DNA of 64,000 nucleotides from Felis catus (taxonomy: Eukaryota). The stretch covers positions 197,162,001 to 197,226,000 of the forward strand of contig NC_058368.1 in the NCBI RefSeq assembly GCF_018350175.1. Direction: 5' to 3'. Shown here piece after piece: positions 60,901 through 64,000 of this stretch. How positions within the stretch are numbered: position 1 is the first letter of the stretch; each line of letters begins with the position of its first letter. The position numbers and the translations under genes were made by a program. Below the pieces are notes generated by a model. It was not told where the DNA came from, did not search any database, and was given only the letters and a program-made list of their open reading frames with translations.

Positions 60901-61916
60901 CTTTACGTGCTCACTATGTCCTAGCAGTGGGTCACAATGGCACCTCAGAAGGGTCTGGGTCACAGAGCATCAAAGCTGTCAGGGCCTGCGGCCACGATTT
61001 CTTGCAGGTACTTGAGTATGTAAACGCTGTCGCTAGGGTCTAGTGGCCAGGGGACTGGTGCCACACCGCGCAGGCACTGGGGGTCGGGCCCTCTTTCCTG
61101 ATAGCTTCGTGTGTCCGTTGTATCTCATCTCATGGATTAAATTCATTCAACAACTGTATCATTGGCCGGGGGGTCGGGCACTGTGCTAAAAAGGCAGCCG
61201 TGGCTGAAACAAAGTCCCTGCCTTGGTGAGGACAGACATTCAGTTTAATCATGGAGCAAGTTACTTACTTCCCCCAAGCCTCAGTTTTCACAGCTTTGAA
61301 AATGGGGCTGGACGCCTCATGGGGGTGGTTGTGGGATTTAATGTGATAACCGGTACACAGCCATTAGTGTATTCTTGGGACACAATAAAAGCTCCATACG
61401 TGGTAGCTGATATTAGTATCAGCTGATATTAGTATTAAAGAGCTGACATGGATAAATGGATAATTGCAGACCGTGTTAGCCCGTGTGAAGGACACAAACA
61501 GGGCACGGAGGGCATGAGACCACCTCTGAAGAGACAGCGTGGGACGCAAGACCAGCGGGAGGGGAGGCGCAAGCACGTCAGGGAGGGAGGAGAGCATCGC
61601 GGGCGGAGGAAACACCACGGAAGGGCCCGAGGGTCGGGGAGATGCTGTTTGCGGCTGTGGCCGTGTGGTGGCTGGATGCAAGCGGAGGGAGGCGCTACTG
61701 GAGACCCGGGCAAAGGCCGCAGGGGGCAGGCTGGAAGGATGGGGGGGGCGGGGCGCGGAAGCTGGGGCGGGGAGGGGGGAGACACCCACTTGCTGATGTA
61801 CTCCCCCGTGAGGATGACGCTGCAGGTCTGGCATTTGAAGCAGCTGACGTGCCACTGCTTGTCCAGCGCCAGGAGCGACTGGCCGTGCTTGATCTCCTCC
61901 TTGCACCCGGCACAGT
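13126..61916 (-). CDS. ABLIM3: ABLIM3, actin-binding LIM protein 3; 5'-partial spliced CDS of 19 exons (LIM3, LIM4, Ser/Pro-rich linker, villin headpiece)
   Basis: The joined exons (1604 nt) translate without a stop from (H)[15 protein letters not shown] to [12 protein letters not shown]. This matches the ABLIM3 sequence as I recall it. All introns are GT-AG and all phases are consistent. Confidence 0.97.
14640..15060 (-). mobile_element. Old L1 (L1MC/L1ME-like) 3' fragment, approximate ends
   Basis: ttattatggaaaaatttcaaa-like start and catcagccagattcaacag pattern. Confidence 0.55.
15500..15935 (+). mobile_element. L2 LINE 3' end
   Basis: cagggccttggcagtggccgttccctctgcc...gttcactggtatact...aatga, typical L2a 3' terminus. 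Confidence 0.75.
17636..17716 (-). CDS. ABLIM3: ABLIM3 exon, 81 nt: [28 protein letters not shown]-terminal part of villin headpiece
   Basis: ttctccttag|ATC...GAG|gtaagt; phase 0 to 0. Confidence 0.96.
18260..18267 (-). CDS. ABLIM3: ABLIM3 8-nt microexon AGTACAAG: (E)YK
   Basis: gtctcttttctctctacag|AGTACAAG|gtaaag; it is needed to join a phase-1 donor to the phase-0 acceptor and yields WGMR-EYK-IYPYE. Confidence 0.92.
18990..19050 (-). CDS. ABLIM3: ABLIM3 exon, 61 nt: [20 protein letters not shown](E)
   Basis: cccctgcag|ACA...CGA G|gtgagt; phase 0 to 1. Confidence 0.95.
19664..19722 (-). CDS. ABLIM3: ABLIM3 exon, 59 nt: (D)[19 protein letters not shown]
   Basis: tttcttttcag|AC CCC...AGG|gtaaga; phase 1 to 0. 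Confidence 0.95.
20304..20333 (-). CDS. ABLIM3: ABLIM3 30-nt exon: (S)PRSHYLADS(D)
   Basis: ttttctttcttgcag|CC CCT...AGC G|gtatgt; phase 1 to 1. Confidence 0.92.
20935..21200 (+). mobile_element. MIR with an internal 11-bp tandem expansion
   Basis: ttggagtcac...ctctgtcacttac...ttgggcaag...ctcatctataaagtggg...gtgaggac; (tctcatctata)x3 at 21044-21076. Confidence 0.75.
21639..21786 (-). CDS. ABLIM3: ABLIM3 exon, 148 nt: [49 protein letters not shown](S)
   Basis: cccacacccag|CTC...GGC T|gtaagc; phase 0 to 1. Confidence 0.95.
22113..22650 (-). mobile_element. L1MB-like 3' end
   Basis: gttctggacatctc...tttgtgactggcttctttcact...gaggttcatccac; ORF 22157-22711 shows degenerate ORF2 C-terminal similarity (TWMNLE-like). 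Confidence 0.85.
22690..22876 (+). mobile_element. MaLR LTR 3' fragment (MLT1J/K-like)
   Basis: ctggatctagtcataccggaa...tttgaattcggtttctgtc...aatcctcagtaacata. Confidence 0.55.
22914..22978 (-). CDS. ABLIM3: ABLIM3 exon, 65 nt: (V)[21 protein letters not shown]
   Basis: cttttgtcag|TG CCC...AAG|gtgagc; phase 1 to 0. Confidence 0.95.
24469..24603 (-). CDS. ABLIM3: ABLIM3 exon, 135 nt: (G)[44 protein letters not shown](V)
   Basis: cctttgcag|GC GAT...AAA G|gtaacg; phase 1 to 1. Confidence 0.94.
26619..26666 (-). CDS. ABLIM3: ABLIM3 exon, 48 nt: (A)[15 protein letters not shown](G)
   Basis: ggcctggcag|CT GGA...CAT G|gtacgg; the [10 protein letters not shown] motif is typical of abLIM/dematin; phase 1 to 1. 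Confidence 0.94.
28002..28100 (-). CDS. ABLIM3: ABLIM3 exon, 99 nt: (G)[32 protein letters not shown](A)
   Basis: gcgtgctccag|GG CCC...CCA G|gtagga; phase 1 to 1. Confidence 0.94.
28792..28921 (-). CDS. ABLIM3: ABLIM3 exon, 130 nt: [43 protein letters not shown](G)
   Basis: ctcccccag|GAC...TCT G|gtaagg; phase 0 to 1. Confidence 0.95.
29397..29426 (-). CDS. ABLIM3: ABLIM3 30-nt exon: [10 protein letters not shown]
   Basis: cttcgcttctaag|TCG CTG GGA ACA CTA TCT CCC TAC TCC CAG|gtaatc; AAG acceptor; phase 0 to 0. Confidence 0.9.
29912..29930 (+). promoter_or_regulatory. Candidate CTCF site (intronic)
   Basis: catCCTGCAGAGGGCGCTg is close to the CCASYAGRKGGCRS core; motif match only. Confidence 0.45.
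30959..31114 (-). CDS. ABLIM3: ABLIM3 exon, 156 nt: [52 protein letters not shown] (dematin/abLIM conserved block)
   Basis: cttcctcag|GCT...GAG|gtatgg; the YKDLAALPK motif is shared with dematin and ABLIM1; phase 0 to 0. Confidence 0.96.
31610..31832 (-). mobile_element. MIR SINE
   Basis: atgaggaaacaggcacagaga...aacttgcccaaggtcataca...aattcaaacccag. Confidence 0.8.
32390..32760 (+). mobile_element. ERVL LTR relic (LTR33-like)
   Basis: ccctgcctacacctctgtgaatggtcccttc...aaccttctc, resembling the LTR33 3' part as recalled. Confidence 0.55.
35211..35282 (-). CDS. ABLIM3: ABLIM3 exon, 72 nt: [24 protein letters not shown]
   Basis: ctcccacag|CAT...TGC|gtatgt; phase 0 to 0. Confidence 0.95.
36022..36706. 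mobile_element. hAT-Charlie-like DNA transposon relic carrying a nested SINE
   Basis: Terminal cagtgttgcccaaact and tttgagaaatgc, resembling Charlie TIRs; AT-rich interior. Confidence 0.5.
36364..36585 (+). mobile_element. Young felid SINE (SINEC_Fc-like), antisense to ABLIM3
   Basis: CpG-intact body; TSD ending aagttctgtt on both sides. Confidence 0.94.
37549..37607 (-). CDS. ABLIM3: ABLIM3 exon, 59 nt: (G)[19 protein letters not shown], end of LIM4
   Basis: gtgtccttag|GT TCT...AAG|gtaagc; phase 1 to 0. Confidence 0.95.
39828..40090 (-). mobile_element. Carnivore SINE (SINEC)
   Basis: Reverse SINE with (GA)n and AT-rich tail; TSD ccc(g/a)cctctgtatttt. Confidence 0.92.
41700..41955 (+). 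mobile_element. L1MB-like 3' fragment
   Basis: cagccataaaaaggaatg...aacatggatgaatctagaaaacattatgctaa...gtgaaagaaaccagac. Confidence 0.85.
42421..42639 (+). mobile_element. Young felid SINE (SINEC_Fc-like), antisense to ABLIM3
   Basis: TSD aaaatgcgtgagtgc at 42406-42420 and 42640-42654. Confidence 0.94.
43443..43619 (+). mobile_element. L3/CR1 LINE ORF2 fragment (end of the endonuclease domain)
   Basis: Translates [58 protein letters not shown], with the CR1-type LDLILTN and degenerate SDH motifs. Confidence 0.8.
44522..44752 (+). mobile_element. Young felid SINE (SINEC_Fc-like), antisense to ABLIM3
   Basis: Perfect 16-bp TSD aagaattctgaaacta at 44506-44521 and 44753-44768; long poly(A). 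Confidence 0.95.
45708..45942 (+). mobile_element. Carnivore SINE with a long (CT)n tract
   Basis: SINEC head, (CT)~19, aaaataaataaataaa tail. Confidence 0.92.
47973..48187 (+). mobile_element. MER20 (hAT-Charlie) DNA transposon
   Basis: cagtggttctcaac...tgccccccagggaacatctggcaatgtc...gggtagaggccagggatgct; 8-bp TSD ctctaggc/ctctgggc. Confidence 0.88.
49821..49908 (-). CDS. ABLIM3: ABLIM3 exon, 88 nt: [29 protein letters not shown](G), LIM4
   Basis: ttccttccacag|GCG...ACA G|gtaggc; phase 0 to 1. Confidence 0.96.
50333..50451 (-). mobile_element. Short tRNA-derived carnivore SINE (head plus A-rich tail)
   Basis: Reverse of ggggtgcccggctggcttagttagagcg...gtgagttcgagatccacattgagtgtagag. Confidence 0.75.
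50531..50739 (-). mobile_element. Felid SINE, sense to ABLIM3
   Basis: T23 tail, reverse SINEC body, actaacct on both flanks. Confidence 0.93.
50825..50871. repeat. Compound microsatellite (TGT)n(TG)n(T)n
   Basis: tgttgttgttgttgttgttgtgtgtgtgtgtgtggttttttt. Confidence 0.9.
51577..52152. mobile_element. Tigger2a/MER28-like TcMar-Tigger element with a nested SINE
   Basis: TIRs cacttgaccttgaacaacac and gtgttgttcaagagtcaagagtcaactg; preceded by TA and followed by CA. Confidence 0.82.
51755..51959 (+). mobile_element. Carnivore SINE inside the Tigger element
   Basis: TSD aagaatactgtatata / aagaataccatatata. Confidence 0.92.
53270..53753 (+). mobile_element. MaLR LTR (MLT1J/K-like), approximate left end
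   Basis: cagtgattggtttggag...gagccctggatccagctgtgcctgaagc...ggtttctgcgcttgcaaccaaaaaagtcctcactaac. Confidence 0.75.
53754..54716 (-). mobile_element. Solo ERVL LTR (MER21-like), about 960 bp
   Basis: tg...cg termini; 5-bp TSD ctaac at 53749-53753 and 54717-54721; gaccccacaggttaagggctcagtcc motif typical of MER21. Confidence 0.82.
55643..55738. repeat. CT-rich polypyrimidine low-complexity tract
   Basis: About 95 bp of nearly pure C/T. Confidence 0.85.
56499..56757 (+). mobile_element. Carnivore SINE with a 41-bp internal insertion, nested in an L2 relic
   Basis: SINEC head and tail; flanks read as L2 (ttaaaacct...ccattgcactta...aaaatccaaactcct). Confidence 0.88.
57904..57997 (-). CDS. ABLIM3: ABLIM3 exon, 94 nt: [31 protein letters not shown], end of LIM3 and start of LIM4
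   Basis: cctcttgcag|G GAT...GAG|gtgagt; phase 2 to 0. Confidence 0.96.
58083..58241. mobile_element. MER5A-like hAT element
   Basis: ttagaaacacttggggagcttgtcaaaaatgcagact...gggcctgggaatctgcat...gggaaccactg. Confidence 0.75.
60330..60790 (+). mobile_element. MaLR LTR (MLT1J/K-like), approximate ends
   Basis: cagcgattgctcaggaatgggtatgtgac...ccctggattcagcc...gaattgggttttctgtcactt. Confidence 0.6.
61790..61916 (-). CDS. ABLIM3: ABLIM3 exon, 127 nt: (H)[41 protein letters not shown](K), LIM3
   Basis: tctttgcag|AC TGT...AGC AA|gtgggt; LIM Cys/His spacing; phase 1 to 2. Confidence 0.96.
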
Positions 61917-63694
61917 CTGCAAAGACAAGAGGACGCCACTGAGCAAAACATCCCGGCCCTCCTCTCCAGCCAGGTGAAGGAGAACCACCCCCCACCCCCC
62001 CACCCCCCAAAGCCGGTTTTCTCTCCGCAGTGGACACCCCGGTCCTGGCACCTGTCCAGGGGTCTCCCAGGTGAAAGCAAAGGCCGCCGGGGCCCTGGCC
62101 TATGGATAAGAGGTCTCGGCGCGAGGGAGAAAGCCATCCTAGGATTCCTTCCGAAAGTTCTCTGTCATCCTGCCCACTGTGCATCCAAAACCAGACGGAG
62201 CCTGCCCTGCTTCCCGCCTGCCCTCAAGCAGGTAACTACGCAGGCTGCTCTCCGTGACCTGGGGGACCCGCGGCATCAGCATCACCTAGGAGCTTACAGG
62301 TGTGCACCGTCTCAGACCCACCCAGACCTACTGAATTTGACCTAGATCTCCAAGCAGAGTAACATCTGAGACGCACTGCTCCAGGGATAAGCTTAGTGGT
62401 TAATTTTCCCCACCCTGAGGCTGTGTGCTCAAGGGCAAGGACCCCGTCTCTGTTTTGTGGTTAAATCTATTCTCTTGCCTAGTGCTGTGCTGGGCACATA
62501 GTAGGCACTCAAATCATATTTGCTGAACATGCACGAAGGAGCGGACCTCACACGGTACCCAAGAAAAGGACAGAATTTACCATGACTGGCCCCGCTCCAA
62601 CATACTTATATGCCAAACACTTTCCACTCCAAGGATTAAAGAACGTGATAGGACTGTCCCACACCGGAGCGGTGCCCTCACTCTCTATCCTGATTCCCCT
62701 GGAATGGGCATCAGGACCACAGAATGTGGGGGCCAGGCATCTGCCTGTTGCTCCATCGGTGTCTGGGGAGGGGCAGGAAATGGAGCCAGCGTCCGAGGTA
62801 CTTGGGAGATGCTGGGAAATCAGCCTACCCGACCGGATGTCCCATTCTGGAGGAGGAAAGGGTCATGGGACAAAGTTTACCAGAGGACAAGCCTCCCTAC
62901 TGGCGCCACAAGACAGATGCATACTTTGGAGCCGTGGGGAGGAGAGAAGCCGCACATCAAGTTGGGAGAGGCTGGCTGGAAACCCTCAAGTCCAGCTGGG
63001 AGCGGGTCCTGGGAGAGAAGATGATGTGTCTGCCTGTCTAGGAAGGGGGTGCGCCCGGCTAACTGTGGGGAGGGACTGGGCCCTGATGACATGCCTGTAG
63101 GAGGCAGCCCCCACAGTTCTGAGCTCTTGGCTACCTAGAGCCTTTCCGACATCCTTAGCACGGACTAGGGGCAGGAGGGTCTCTGATTGCAAACTGCTTC
63201 TGGGGACTGGGAGAATGGTTTTGAGATCTCTTTTCCTGCCTTTACGCCTGGAATAAGTCTACCCACTTGTATCCCAATAATTATAGATGTTGGAATGTAA
63301 TCATCTAGAGATGACTTCATAGAAGTGACTTGCCCGTGCTCAGCACAGAAGAACCTGGGGGCTCAGGGGTCAAATACCGAACTCGCGTCTCTGTGGGCCT
63401 CCGTGATAGGGTTACATAATTCCACAGGGGCTCAGAATTCACAGAGCAGTTGGTCACAGTCCCACCTAACGCAGGAATCTACAGCATTCTTGACAGGTGG
63501 GTACCGTCCTCTGCTTAGTTGCTTCCAGCGGTGGGAAGCTCACCCCCTCTGTGGAAGCCCACTTTGCCTTTGGACAGGCAAAACGGTCAGGCCTGCTTTC
63601 TTTATTTTTCCGATTTTATTTTTAAAAATACGTATCACGTAAAGGTGTATTCGTGTTTTCTTTTGTTACTTCCCTTTTTATCTCGTATCTGATT

Positions 63695-64000
63695 ATTTTT
63701 TTTCTACTGAAGTATCATTGGCACACGATGTTACATTAGCCTCAGGTATACAACACAGCGATTCACCAACTCCCTACCTGGTGCTATGAGACCACAAGCG
63801 TAGCCGCTGTCCGTCACCGTACAACGCTGTTACAACGCCATTCACTACATTCCCTATGCCGTGCCTTCTATCCCCAGGACTCGCTCATTCCACAAGTGGA
63901 AGCCAGTAACCCCTACTCCCGGTCACCCGTGTTTGCCCATCCCCCCTTCCCCGCCCCTCCGTCAACCATCAGCTTGTTCTCTGTATTTATGGGTCTGTTT
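63695..64000 (-). mobile_element. L1 3' end (L1MA/L1_Carn-like), running off the window
   Basis: ttttctactgaagtatcattggcacacgatgttacattag...caggtatacaacacagcgattca...gttctctgtatttatg. Confidence 0.85.

Noticed and set aside
61364..62184. Overlapping 249-257 aa ORFs as a separate gene
   Set aside because: Only the 127-nt exon has LIM-domain sequence; the remainder is read-through into GC-rich intron.
99..63642. Hundreds of 60-270 aa ORFs in the six-frame track
   Set aside because: Apart from segments overlapping ABLIM3 exons and L1 ORF2 relics, they show no recognisable domains. They fit chance ORFs in GC-rich DNA or SINE translations, such as the recurring [19 protein letters not shown].

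Overview
This is mammalian genomic DNA from a felid, judged by several young cat-type carnivore SINEs (SINEC_Fc-like). The window holds the 3' part of ABLIM3 (actin-binding LIM protein 3) on the minus strand. I traced 19 coding exons between 61916 and 13126, all with GT-AG boundaries and matching phases. They join into 1604 nt: 2 nt of a split His codon, 533 codons and a TAG. These encode LIM3, LIM4, a Ser/Pro-rich dematin-like linker and the C-terminal villin headpiece. The 5' exons (LIM1/LIM2) lie beyond the right edge. A probable ~2 kb 3' UTR ends near 11080 at a non-canonical CATAAA signal. The rest is intron or intergenic sequence with SINEs, L1, L2, L3, MIR, MaLR/ERVL LTRs and DNA transposon relics; repeat family names come from recall, not from a database search. 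I found no evidence for a wholly new biological system. The most interesting signals are: an 8-nt frame-critical microexon in front of the headpiece; frame-neutral cassette exons with long AG-free zones, distant branch points and RBFOX motifs; a 108-bp direct duplication bracketing one LIM4 exon; and small templated fold-back insertion scars.
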